NCBI GenBank assembly: GCA_937958695.1 | Contig: CALGNK010000010.1 | Span: forward strand, 1,264-65,263 | Length of the DNA: 64,000 bases | Source of the DNA: an uncultured bacterium | GTDB taxonomy: Bacteria > DUMJ01 | Direction of reading: 5' to 3' | Part shown: piece by piece, positions 36,212-44,456 of the stretch | Layout of the letters: every line of letters starts with the position of its first letter | Position numbering within the stretch: position 1 is the stretch's first letter | The notes under the pieces: generated by a model | The model's database searches: none | What the model was told of the DNA's origin: nothing | The model's input: only the letters and a program-made list of their open reading frames with translations | Position numbers and translations under genes: made by a program

Positions 36212-37886
36212 AGGCTTTGATATTATAGATAGTATAAGTGTAACCTTTTCTCCTGGGCTTAATATTATTACTGGAGAAACTGGAGCAGGTAAGTCTCTTA
36301 TAGTTGAGGCTATTCAACAGTTACTCGGAGCTAGATCAAGCTCTTCTATGGTAAAGTCTGGATATTCTAAAGCTCAGATAGTAGGGGTTTTTAGCCTGCC
36401 AGAAAAGGAAGAATTGATAAGACTTTTAGAAGATAATGGTGTAGAGGTAGGGGATGAGATTATAATCCTTAAGGAGATATCTAACACTGGTAAGAGCAGT
36501 TTGAGAATAAATGGCACTATAGTTCCTGCCTCTGTGGTGAGGGATATAGGAAGATATCTTGTTAATGTCTTTTCCCAACTAGAGAACAGTGAGATACTCT
36601 CCCCTGAATATCAGTTAGATATTATAGATTCTTTTGGCAGATTATATGATCTTAGGAAGATATTTAATGACATATTTTTAGAGTGGAAGTCCTTAAAAGA
36701 GAAGAAAGCGGAGATAGAATCTAGGATTCAAAATAGATTTCAGGAACTAGACTTTTTAAACTATCAGATAGATGAATTAAAGAGAGCTAGACTTACAGAA
36801 AATGAGGATGAGATCTTAAAAGAAGAGGAGGGTAGATTACTGAATCTAGAAAGATTGAAAAGAGATGTAGAAGAATCGTATATGCTCCTTTACGAGGATG
36901 AAGACTCTGCTGTCTCTAGACTATCTAAGGCATCTCAGTTGTTAATAAGTTTAGAGGGTATAGACAGTCAATTGGGTAGTCTTGGAAGAGAGCTTGAAAA
37001 TCAAGAGATTTTAATCAGTGAGTTATCTAGAACTTTGAGAAGTTATATAAGTAAGTTACGAGAGATAGATAGCTCCGCTTTAGAAGACCTAGAGGCAAGG
37101 TTACACTTCTTAAATGATTTAAAGAGGAAGTATAGAGTAAAATCGGTAAATGATTTGATAGAGGCACTAAAAGCCTTAGAGGCTAGAAGAGAAGAGCTAG
37201 AAAAGATTGAGGAAGAGAGTGGGAATCTAGATACTCTTATAGAAGATGCTTATAGTAGACTAAAAGAGGTAGGGAAAGAACTATCTGAGAAGAGAATAGA
37301 TACTGCAGAAAGACTATCACGTTATCTAGAAGAAGAGCTAAGGGAGCTTGGAATGCCAAATGTTAGAATAAAGTTAAAAGTTTCTCAGATAGAAGAGCCT
37401 ATGTTTAATGGCTTTGATAGTGTTACGTTTCTTATAGCTACAGTACCAGATGAACCACTCAAAAAGATTGAAGATGTGGTTTCTGGCGGTGAGTTGTCTA
37501 GGATATCACTAGCTGTAAAAAGTTTACTGAGAGACGTAGAGTTATTTCCCACACTTATTTTTGATGAGATAGATATAGGTTTAGGAGGTAAGACCGCCAT
37601 AGCTGTGGGAGAAAAGATATATGAACTCTCTAAGAAGACCCAAGTAATAAATATAACACACCTACCTCAGGTTGCATCCTTTGCCGATGTCCATATGTGT
37701 GTTCAGAAGTCTGTAGATGAGAATGGAAAAGTAGATGTAGCTATTAAGATCCTTGGTGGGGAAGAAAGGGTTATGGAGATATCTAGGATGTTGACTGGCC
37801 AGATAATGGAATCTACGGTGATAAATGCGAAAGAACTGATTAATTATGTTGAGAGATTAAAGGAAGGGATTAATAGTGAGATATAA
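36189..37886 (+). CDS. recN: DNA repair protein RecN
   Basis: ORF track 36099..37886. ATG at 36189 (MLREISVKGFDII) gives the canonical N-terminus. Walker A GETGAGKS, long coiled coil, signature SGGELSR, Walker B LIFDEID. Confidence 0.9.
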   Translation: MLREISVKGFDIIDSISVTFSPGLNIITGETGAGKSLIVEAIQQLLGARSSSSMVKSGYSKAQIVGVFSLPEKEELIRLLEDNGVEVGDEIIILKEISNTGKSSLRINGTIVPASVVRDIGRYLVNVFSQLENSEILSPEYQLDIIDSFGRLYDLRKIFNDIFLEWKSLKEKKAEIESRIQNRFQELDFLNYQIDELKRARLTENEDEILKEEEGRLLNLERLKRDVEESYMLLYEDEDSAVSRLSKASQLLISLEGIDSQLGSLGRELENQEILISELSRTLRSYISKLREIDSSALEDLEARLHFLNDLKRKYRVKSVNDLIEALKALEARREELEKIEEESGNLDTLIEDAYSRLKEVGKELSEKRIDTAERLSRYLEEELRELGMPNVRIKLKVSQIEEPMFNGFDSVTFLIATVPDEPLKKIEDVVSGGELSRISLAVKSLLRDVELFPTLIFDEIDIGLGGKTAIAVGEKIYELSKKTQVINITHLPQVASFADVHMCVQKSVDENGKVDVAIKILGGEERVMEISRMLTGQIMESTVINAKELINYVERLKEGINSEI

Positions 37887-38115
37887 ATATACTATTATTA
37901 TAGATAAAGAAAGATGTAAAGGTTGTGGAATATGCATCTCTTTCTGTCCTAGGAATGTCTTAGAATTTGAAGATTACCTCAATGAGGGAGGGCATCATCC
38001 TGTTAGGCTTACTGGGAATGAGTGTGTAGGATGTAGAGCCTGTGTTATTATGTGCCCTGATATTGCATTAGAACTCATTAGGGAGGAGATCGATGAAAGT
38101 ACTTATGCGAGGTAA
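37876..38115 (+). CDS. 2x[4Fe-4S] ferredoxin, delta subunit of 2-oxoacid:ferredoxin oxidoreductase
   Basis: 79 aa with CKGCGICISFCP and CVGCRACVIMCP. It overlaps both flanking genes. Confidence 0.8.
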   Translation: MRYKYTIIIDKERCKGCGICISFCPRNVLEFEDYLNEGGHHPVRLTGNECVGCRACVIMCPDIALELIREEIDESTYAR

Positions 38116-39148
38116 TGAGGCTATAGCCGAGGGAGCTATATATTCAGGTTGTAAATACTTCTTCAGTTATCCTATAACTCCTCAGAGCGAAATACTCCAC
38201 TATATGGCTAAACGTCTGCCAGAGGTTGGAGGTGTATTTTTACAGGCAGATAGTGAGACGTCCGCTATAAATATGGTCTTTGGCGCTTCTGCCTGTGGGG
38301 TTAGGGTAATGACCGCTTCTTCTGGTCCTGGTTTGAGCTTGAAGCAGGAAGGTATATCATATCTATCTGCTGGTGAACTACCTTGTGTGATAGTAAATGT
38401 TATGAGGGGGGGACCAGGATTAGGTGGTGTACAACCAGCTCAGAGTGATTATTTCCAAGCGACAAGGGGTGGCGGGCATGGAGATTATAGGAATATAGTA
38501 CTAGCCCCCTCCACTGTCCAAGAGTGTTTTGATTTTACTAGATTAGCCTTTGACCTTGCGGATAAATATAGAATACCTGTAATGATACTTATAGATGGTG
38601 CGCTAGGCCAAATGATGGAAGATATCGAGATACCAGAGTATAAAGAATCTATGCTTCCAGAAAAACCTTGGGCTTTAGGTAAGGGAAAATTTGGTAATCC
38701 TAATCATATAACGACTATGCACCTTGATCCTGATGAGCTAGAATCGCATAATCTTCACCTTTTAATGGTATATGAAGGTATATCTTTCAACGAGCAGAGA
38801 TGGAGAAGTCTCTTCTTAGATGATGCTGAGATAGTTCTTGTTGGCTATGGAACTGTAGGCAGGATATTAGAAGGTGTAACATTTATTGCTAGGGATAAGG
38901 GGATTAAGGTGGGATGTATTAGACCTATAACCTTATGGCCATTTCCATCATACGCATTTGTTACATTACCGAAATCGGTTAAGTCTATCCTTGTAGTAGA
39001 GATGAGCCTTGGACAGATGTTAGAGGACGTTAAGTTGATCGCTAATGGTAAATATCATGTATACTTCTATGGTAGAGTGGGGATTATCCCTACAGCGGAA
39101 GAGATATTAGATCAGTTAGAATTAATTCTTCAAGAGGTGAAAGTATGA
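38093..39148 (+). CDS. 2-oxoacid:ferredoxin oxidoreductase, alpha subunit
   Basis: N-terminal GNEAIAEGA..FFSYPITPQSEI and the domain I/II pattern of the POR/KOR/VOR alpha subunit. Substrate not assignable. Confidence 0.85.
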   Translation: MKVLMRGNEAIAEGAIYSGCKYFFSYPITPQSEILHYMAKRLPEVGGVFLQADSETSAINMVFGASACGVRVMTASSGPGLSLKQEGISYLSAGELPCVIVNVMRGGPGLGGVQPAQSDYFQATRGGGHGDYRNIVLAPSTVQECFDFTRLAFDLADKYRIPVMILIDGALGQMMEDIEIPEYKESMLPEKPWALGKGKFGNPNHITTMHLDPDELESHNLHLLMVYEGISFNEQRWRSLFLDDAEIVLVGYGTVGRILEGVTFIARDKGIKVGCIRPITLWPFPSYAFVTLPKSVKSILVVEMSLGQMLEDVKLIANGKYHVYFYGRVGIIPTAEEILDQLELILQEVKV

Positions 39149-39873
39149 ATGTCTTTAGCTATCCAAAGGCATTAAACGAGTTGAAGTTTCATTACTGTCC
39201 AGGATGTACGCATGGAATAGCACATAGAATTCTAGCAGAAGTCTTAGAAGAGATGGATTTACTGGATAGGACTATAGGTGTAGGTTCTGTTGGTTGTTCT
39301 GCCTATATATATGAACATTACAACTTTGATTTTATACAGGCAGCGCATGGAAGAGCTTCTTCTGTGGCTACAGGTATAAAGAGGGTCTATCCTGATAGGG
39401 TAGTCTTTGCCTATCAGGGAGATGGAGATATGGCAGGTTTAGGATTAGGCGAGGCTATTCACACTGCTGGAAGAGGAGAACGAATAACGGTGATATTTAT
39501 AAACAATGCTGTATATGGGATGACTGGAGGACAAATGGCACCTACCACATTAATCTCCCAGAAAACCTCAACGACTCCCACTGGTAGGGATCCGGATTCT
39601 GCTGGTTATCCTCTAAAGCTTTTAGATATGATGGCTGTTTTGGACGGTTGTGTATTTGCTGCTAGGGCTTCTCTTACATCCCCTAAAAATGTCTTAAAGG
39701 CTAAAGAGTATTTGAAACAGGCATTTCAGTATCAGTTGGAGAATAAGGGATATTCTATAGTAGAGCTCCTATCAGCCTGTCCTACTAACTGGGGTTTAGA
39801 ACCCGTTAAGGCTTTAAAGTATATAGATGAGGTGATGAGTAAGTATTATCCTCCTGGTATTATAAAGCAGTGA
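39145..39873 (+). CDS. 2-oxoacid:ferredoxin oxidoreductase, beta (TPP-binding) subunit
   Basis: N-terminal Cys ligands (CPGCTHG), TPP motif GDGDMAGLG..NNAVYGMTGGQ. Confidence 0.85.
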   Translation: MNVFSYPKALNELKFHYCPGCTHGIAHRILAEVLEEMDLLDRTIGVGSVGCSAYIYEHYNFDFIQAAHGRASSVATGIKRVYPDRVVFAYQGDGDMAGLGLGEAIHTAGRGERITVIFINNAVYGMTGGQMAPTTLISQKTSTTPTGRDPDSAGYPLKLLDMMAVLDGCVFAARASLTSPKNVLKAKEYLKQAFQYQLENKGYSIVELLSACPTNWGLEPVKALKYIDEVMSKYYPPGIIKQ

Positions 39874-39955
39874 GTCCTTTACAAAGGTTATTGGTTTTGA
39901 TATTATATTATTGTTTGATAAGAATCTGCTATTCTTAAAATAATTAGGAGGAATA

Positions 39956-40165
39956 ATGCAGTTAACTTTATTGAATAAGATATGGCAGAGAATAAGACAG
40001 TTTTTTAGAGAGATTAGGGCAGAAGTAAGAAAGGTCACTTGGCCTACTAAGGAAGAGGTCAAGGTTTTGACCTTAGTGGTAGTTTTGTTTGTATTTATAT
40101 TTACTGCGTTTATAGGGATAGTAGACCTTATACTGGCTAGAGTATTTGCTTTTATAGCTAAATAG
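39956..40165 (+). CDS. secE: preprotein translocase subunit SecE
   Basis: 69 aa with motif EVRKVTWPTKEE followed by a single TM. Position immediately upstream of nusG. Confidence 0.9.
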   Translation: MQLTLLNKIWQRIRQFFREIRAEVRKVTWPTKEEVKVLTLVVVLFVFIFTAFIGIVDLILARVFAFIAK

Positions 40166-40172
40166 GTGAATT

Positions 40173-40721
40173 ATGTCTGAAAATAAGGTAGATACAAAGA
40201 AGGGTAAATGGTATGTAATACATACCTTTACTGGATATGAAGAAAAGGTAAAGGCTAACCTGGAGATGAAGATCCGTTCTCTGGGGGCAGAGGATAAGAT
40301 TTTTCAAATCCTTGTCCCTATAGAGAATGAAATAAAGCTTGATGATCTCCAAAAAAAGGTTGTAAAGAGGAAGATCTTTCCAGGTTATCTTCTTATTAAT
40401 ATGGAGATGGATGATGACACCTGGATGATAGTAAGAAGTACTCCAGGTGTTACCGGATTTGTTGGTATAGGTGGGAAACCTACCCCTATACCAGAGGATG
40501 AACTGGAGACTATACTAAGAAGAATTAAATGGGAAGATACGCAATATAAGTCTTCTCTTCAGGTTGGGGATGTGGTTAGGATAAAGTACGGACCCTTTGA
40601 GGATTTTGCAGGGACTGTTGAAGAGATAATTCCTGAAAGAAAGAAGGTAAAGGTGACAGTCTCTATCTTTGGTAGAGAGACGCCTTTAGAATTGAGAATG
40701 GATCAAGTAGAGAAGGTATAA
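40173..40721 (+). CDS. nusG: transcription termination/antitermination factor NusG
   Basis: NGN domain (WYVIHTFTGYEEKV) and KOW motif (GDVVRIKYGPFEDFAGTV). Confidence 0.95.
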   Translation: MSENKVDTKKGKWYVIHTFTGYEEKVKANLEMKIRSLGAEDKIFQILVPIENEIKLDDLQKKVVKRKIFPGYLLINMEMDDDTWMIVRSTPGVTGFVGIGGKPTPIPEDELETILRRIKWEDTQYKSSLQVGDVVRIKYGPFEDFAGTVEEIIPERKKVKVTVSIFGRETPLELRMDQVEKV

Positions 40722-40736
40722 GGAGGTAGTATTTAG

Positions 40737-41162
40737 ATGCCTAAAAAGGTAATAGGTATAGTAAAACTTCAGCTTCCAGCAGGTAAAGCAACCCCAGCTC
40801 CACCAGTAGGTCCTGCATTAGGACAGTATGGGGTTAATATAATGGAGTTTTGTAAGTCTTATAATGCTCAGACGTCTGGTCAGGCCGGAGAGGTAATACC
40901 GGTTGAGATAACTATATATGAAGATAGAAGCTTTACCTTTGTCCTTAAGACCCCTCCAGCATCTGAGCTTATAAAGAAGGCTCTTGGATTAGAGAAAGGT
41001 TCTGGAGAGCCAAATAAGAATAAGGTGGGTAAACTTACAACAGCCCAGCTTAGAGAGATTGCGCAGAAGAAATTACCAGACCTTAATACTGATAACTTAG
41101 AAGCAGCTATGAGGATCATAGCTGGAACAGCCAGAAGTATGGGAGTAACTATAGAGGATTAA
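40737..41162 (+). CDS. rplK: 50S ribosomal protein L11
   Basis: Motif [21 protein letters not shown]. Confidence 0.97.
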   Translation: MPKKVIGIVKLQLPAGKATPAPPVGPALGQYGVNIMEFCKSYNAQTSGQAGEVIPVEITIYEDRSFTFVLKTPPASELIKKALGLEKGSGEPNKNKVGKLTTAQLREIAQKKLPDLNTDNLEAAMRIIAGTARSMGVTIED

Positions 41163-41175
41163 AGGGGAGATAAAG

Positions 41176-41883
41176 ATGCCAAAACACGGTAAAAAATATT
41201 TAGAAGTACTTAAACTTATAGATAGACGTAAGAGATATGATATAGATGAGGCTATTGCTCTTGTGAAGAAGATAGGTTATGCAAATTTTGATGAATCTGT
41301 TGAGGTTTCTATAAGATTGGGGGTAGATCCGAGACATGCCGAGCAGAACGTAAGAGGAACTGTTGTTCTGCCCCATGGAATTGGTAAGGAGAGAAGAGTA
41401 TTAGTCTTTGCTAGAGGAGATAAAGCACAAGAGGCTATAGATGCTGGAGCAGATTATGTAGGAGCAGAAGACCTAGTAGCAAAGATTAGTGAAGGATGGA
41501 CGGATTTTGACGTGGCGATAGCTACTCCAGATATGATGGGTTTAGTTGGACGTCTTGGTAAGATTCTAGGACCTAGGGGACTTATGCCAAACCCTAAGGT
41601 TGGAACTGTTACTAATGATATAGCCAATACAGTAAAGGAACTAAAGCAGGGTAGGGTAGAATTTAGAGTTGACAGGTTTGGTATAATTCATACTGTTATA
41701 GGTAAAAAATCCTTTGATGAAACTAGATTAAAGGAAAACTTCAATGCCTTGATGAATGCTGTCCTTAGAGCAAAACCCTCAGGGGTTAAGGGACAGTATG
41801 TTAGAAGCGTAGCTCTTGCTACCTCTATGAGTCCTGGTATAAAGGTTGATCCACTTAAGGCAACAAGGGTAAGTGCACTTTAG
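41176..41883 (+). CDS. rplA: 50S ribosomal protein L1
   Basis: Motifs [14 protein letters not shown] and [11 protein letters not shown]. Confidence 0.97.
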   Translation: MPKHGKKYLEVLKLIDRRKRYDIDEAIALVKKIGYANFDESVEVSIRLGVDPRHAEQNVRGTVVLPHGIGKERRVLVFARGDKAQEAIDAGADYVGAEDLVAKISEGWTDFDVAIATPDMMGLVGRLGKILGPRGLMPNPKVGTVTNDIANTVKELKQGRVEFRVDRFGIIHTVIGKKSFDETRLKENFNALMNAVLRAKPSGVKGQYVRSVALATSMSPGIKVDPLKATRVSAL

Positions 41884-41914
41884 TTTTATAACAGTTGAAT
41901 ATAGAATTTTAAAT

Positions 41915-42003
41915 AGAGCTTCCTAAGAAGGTAGGTGCCGAAAGGCTTAATATCCTACTGAGGAAGGATAACCCTTCCAAAGGATTAGGAAGGGTTATTT
42001 TAT
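41915..42003 (+). promoter_or_regulatory. ribosomal protein L10 leader (nested helices plus intrinsic terminator/attenuator)
   Basis: The 133-nt rplA-rplJ gap folds as nested helices: P1 CTTCCT(41919-24)/AGGAAG(41961-66), P2 GTAGG(41931-35)/CCTAC(41954-58), P3 GCC-GAAA-GGC(41937-46). An 11-bp hairpin follows, ATAACCCTTCC(41968-78)/GGAAGGGTTAT(41988-98), then TTTAT. The location matches the known L10(L12)4-binding leader. Confidence 0.6.
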
Positions 42004-42016
42004 AGAAGGAGGAATT

Positions 42017-42541
42017 ATGGCGCTGAGGCAAGAAAAAGTAGCAGTAATAGAAAGCACTTTAGAAAGGCTTAATAAAGCTAAAGGTTTTATAATAGCTGAA
42101 AACAGAGGGCTTATTATAAAAGACTTTGAGAGTTTGAGGAAGAATGTAAAACAGAAGGGTGGGGAAGCTAAGGTCATAAAGAATACTCTATTTAACATAG
42201 CCCTCAAACAGAAAGGTGTTAAGTTTGATGGAAGCAAGTCTCTCCTTGAAGGACCTAATATATTCATCTTTTCCTACGGGGATGAGATAGAGCTTTTAAA
42301 AGAAATAATAAACTTCTCTAAGGGTAACGATAAGTTTGTCCCAAAAGGGATCTTTTTAGAGGGCCGTGTATACGAAGGTCCTCAACTTGAAGCATTGAGC
42401 AAACTTCCGCCTAAAGAGGTCCTTATAGCGAGAGTCGTAGGTGGAATAGCTGGTCCTCTTGTGAGCCTAGTTAATGTCTTACAGGCGCCGATAAGGGACC
42501 TTTTATATGTCCTAAAGAATATAAAGGAGAAGAAATCTTAA
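42017..42541 (+). CDS. rplJ: 50S ribosomal protein L10
   Basis: 174 aa, located between rplA and rplL, with the typical L10 N-terminal domain. Confidence 0.95.
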   Translation: MALRQEKVAVIESTLERLNKAKGFIIAENRGLIIKDFESLRKNVKQKGGEAKVIKNTLFNIALKQKGVKFDGSKSLLEGPNIFIFSYGDEIELLKEIINFSKGNDKFVPKGIFLEGRVYEGPQLEALSKLPPKEVLIARVVGGIAGPLVSLVNVLQAPIRDLLYVLKNIKEKKS

Positions 42542-42558
42542 GAAGGAGGTAAAATAAG

Positions 42559-42933
42559 GTGACAAAGGAAGAAATTATTGAAGCCATTTCTCAGATGAGC
42601 GTATTAGAACTATCAGAGCTTGTTAAGGCTCTAGAGGAGAAATTTGGGGTTCAGGCTGCTCCTGCTATGGCAATGGCACCTATAGCTACCGCTCCAGTTG
42701 CAGAGGAGAAACCAAAGGAGCAGACAGAATTTGATGTAATACTCACCTCTGCTGGAGACAAGAAGATACAGGTTATAAAGGTAGTAAGAGAGCTTACAGG
42801 ATTAGGACTTAAAGAGGCAAAGGATCTTGTAGACGCTGCCCCGAAGCCTATTAAAGAAAAGGTCTCTAGAGAAGAAGCTGAGCAGATTAAAGCCAAGCTT
42901 GAAGAGGCTGGGGCTATCGTAGAGATAAAGTAG
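42559..42933 (+). CDS. rplL: 50S ribosomal protein L7/L12
   Basis: Ala/Pro hinge and C-terminal domain [29 protein letters not shown]. Confidence 0.97.
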   Translation: MTKEEIIEAISQMSVLELSELVKALEEKFGVQAAPAMAMAPIATAPVAEEKPKEQTEFDVILTSAGDKKIQVIKVVRELTGLGLKEAKDLVDAAPKPIKEKVSREEAEQIKAKLEEAGAIVEIK

Positions 42934-42950
42934 GGGAAACCCTACTTTAT
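42930..42950 (+). terminator. short GNRA-capped hairpin GTAGGG-GAAA-CCCTAC + TTTAT overlapping the rplL stop codon
   Basis: A 6-bp stem at 42930-42945 with a short T-tract. At most a weak or partial terminator. Confidence 0.35.
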
Positions 42951-42979
42951 CCTTAATATTATAGGAGGAGCAACCGAAG

Positions 42980-43264
42980 TTGAGAGAGTACGAGTTAATG
43001 TGTATTTTAAATCCTGATTTAGAAGAATCTAAGATAGAGGAGATTCTTAATAGGTTTCAGGATATTGTTAAGAATAATGGAGGAGAGATACAAGGGGTAG
43101 ATAAGTGGGGTAAGAGAAGATTGGCTTATCCTATAAGGAAGTTTTATGATGGATACTATGTAGTTATGAATTTCAAGGGTAATAATGAGCTTCTTAAAGA
43201 GCTGGATAGGGTAGCAAAGATTACAGAAGAGAATCTGAGACATATGATAGTCAGGAGAGACTAA
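42980..43264 (+). CDS. rpsF: 30S ribosomal protein S6
   Basis: Motifs YELMCILNPDL and WGKRRLAYPI. Confidence 0.95.
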   Translation: MREYELMCILNPDLEESKIEEILNRFQDIVKNNGGEIQGVDKWGKRRLAYPIRKFYDGYYVVMNFKGNNELLKELDRVAKITEENLRHMIVRRD

Positions 43265-43266
43265 TT

Positions 43267-43689
43267 ATGAATTATATAATATTAACGGGTAGGTTGACAG
43301 CAGATCCTATACTGAGATATACCCCTACCGGGGTTCCTGTGTTAGGTTTTACTCTAGCAGTAGATAGGAGATCTAAGACTCCAGAGGGAGAAAGAGAAGC
43401 TGATTTTATAGATATAGTTGTATGGAGAAAACAGGCGGAGATATGCGCTAACTATCTTAAGAAAGGTAGATTGGTTGGTGTAGAGGGTAGATTAGAGATA
43501 AGCAAGTTTCAGGGCTCAGACGGACAAGTTCATAGAAAACCAAGAGTAATAGCCTATAGAGTCGAATTTTTGGATAGTAAGCCTAGAGAAGGGGAAGAGG
43601 TTCCAGAAGAGGTTCCTACCTTTGATGAGGATGCCTTTATTGAGGATATTTCGCAGAAGATTGACATAGATTTAGGAGGAGATGTTTAA
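43267..43689 (+). CDS. ssb: single-stranded DNA-binding protein
   Basis: OB fold (NYIILTGRLTADPILRYTPTGVPV..F.LAV) and an acidic C-terminal tail. Located between rpsF and rpsR. Confidence 0.9.
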   Translation: MNYIILTGRLTADPILRYTPTGVPVLGFTLAVDRRSKTPEGEREADFIDIVVWRKQAEICANYLKKGRLVGVEGRLEISKFQGSDGQVHRKPRVIAYRVEFLDSKPREGEEVPEEVPTFDEDAFIEDISQKIDIDLGGDV

Positions 43690-43756
43690 CTATCGCCTAG
43701 GGTGAAGGCGAATATTAAGTTTTCACCCACCCTTTGGAAGGGTTCCAAGGAGAGAT

Positions 43757-44005
43757 ATGGCTCAGGATAAAAGAAGAGAGGGAGTAAGACGTTTTAGGAG
43801 TCAGAGGAAAAAGGTTTGCGCATTTTGTACTGAAAAGATTGCTATAGACTATAAAGATATAGATAGATTGAGACATTTTATATCAGATAGGGGAAAAATT
43901 CTTCCTAGAAGAACTACTGGTACTTGTGCTAGACATCAGAGAAAATTATCGAAAGCTATTAAGATGGCTAGAATAATGGCACTCTTGCCATTTACAAGTG
44001 ATTAA
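43757..44005 (+). CDS. rpsR: 30S ribosomal protein S18
   Basis: Motifs [25 protein letters not shown] and [11 protein letters not shown]. Confidence 0.95.
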   Translation: MAQDKRREGVRRFRSQRKKVCAFCTEKIAIDYKDIDRLRHFISDRGKILPRRTTGTCARHQRKLSKAIKMARIMALLPFTSD

Positions 44006-44007
44006 TT

Positions 44008-44454
44008 ATGGAAGTAATCCTTCTCAAGGATGTTCCAGGTTTAGGTAGGTCTGGAGATATAAAAGAGGTCCCAGAGGGTTATGCTAGGAATTATCTAATA
44101 CCTAAAGGTCTTGCCGTAAAGTCTACCAAGGGGAGAGTAAAGGACATAGAACTACGTAAGAGTGCTTTAGAGACAAAAGAGGCAAGAGAAAAAGAGTCTG
44201 CTATGAAGCTAGCAGAGAGGTTAAAAGGGGTTTCATTGAGCTTTAAGGTGAAGGTCGGAGAAGAGAACAAACTCTTTGGTTCTATCACGTCTATTGATAT
44301 AGCGGAAGGATTAAAGAAAAAGGGTTTTAATATAGATAAACATCAGATAGTTCTAAAGGAACCGATAAAATATTTAGGGACCTATGAGGTTACAGTAAAG
44401 CTTGGGTTTGGGATAAGTGCACCCATAAATATTTTGGTAGAAAAAGAAGAATAA
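44008..44454 (+). CDS. rplI: 50S ribosomal protein L9
   Basis: Motif MEVILLKDVPGLGRSGDIKEV.EGYARNYLIPKGLA. Confidence 0.95.
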   Translation: MEVILLKDVPGLGRSGDIKEVPEGYARNYLIPKGLAVKSTKGRVKDIELRKSALETKEAREKESAMKLAERLKGVSLSFKVKVGEENKLFGSITSIDIAEGLKKKGFNIDKHQIVLKEPIKYLGTYEVTVKLGFGISAPINILVEKEE

Positions 44455-44456
44455 TT

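Noticed and set aside
39874-39955. Expected tRNA-Trp or rpmG upstream of secE
   Set aside because: I read the 82-nt spacer on both strands. It has no acceptor/T-arm (GTTCGAATC-like) pattern and is too short and AT-rich, so no tRNA is called. Likewise, no tRNA-like sequence was noticed in any other spacer of the window.
39814-40062. 82-aa minus-strand ORF spanning the korB 3' end, the spacer and the secE 5' end
   Set aside because: It is antisense to two well-supported genes, has no SD, and gives a hydrophobic low-complexity product.
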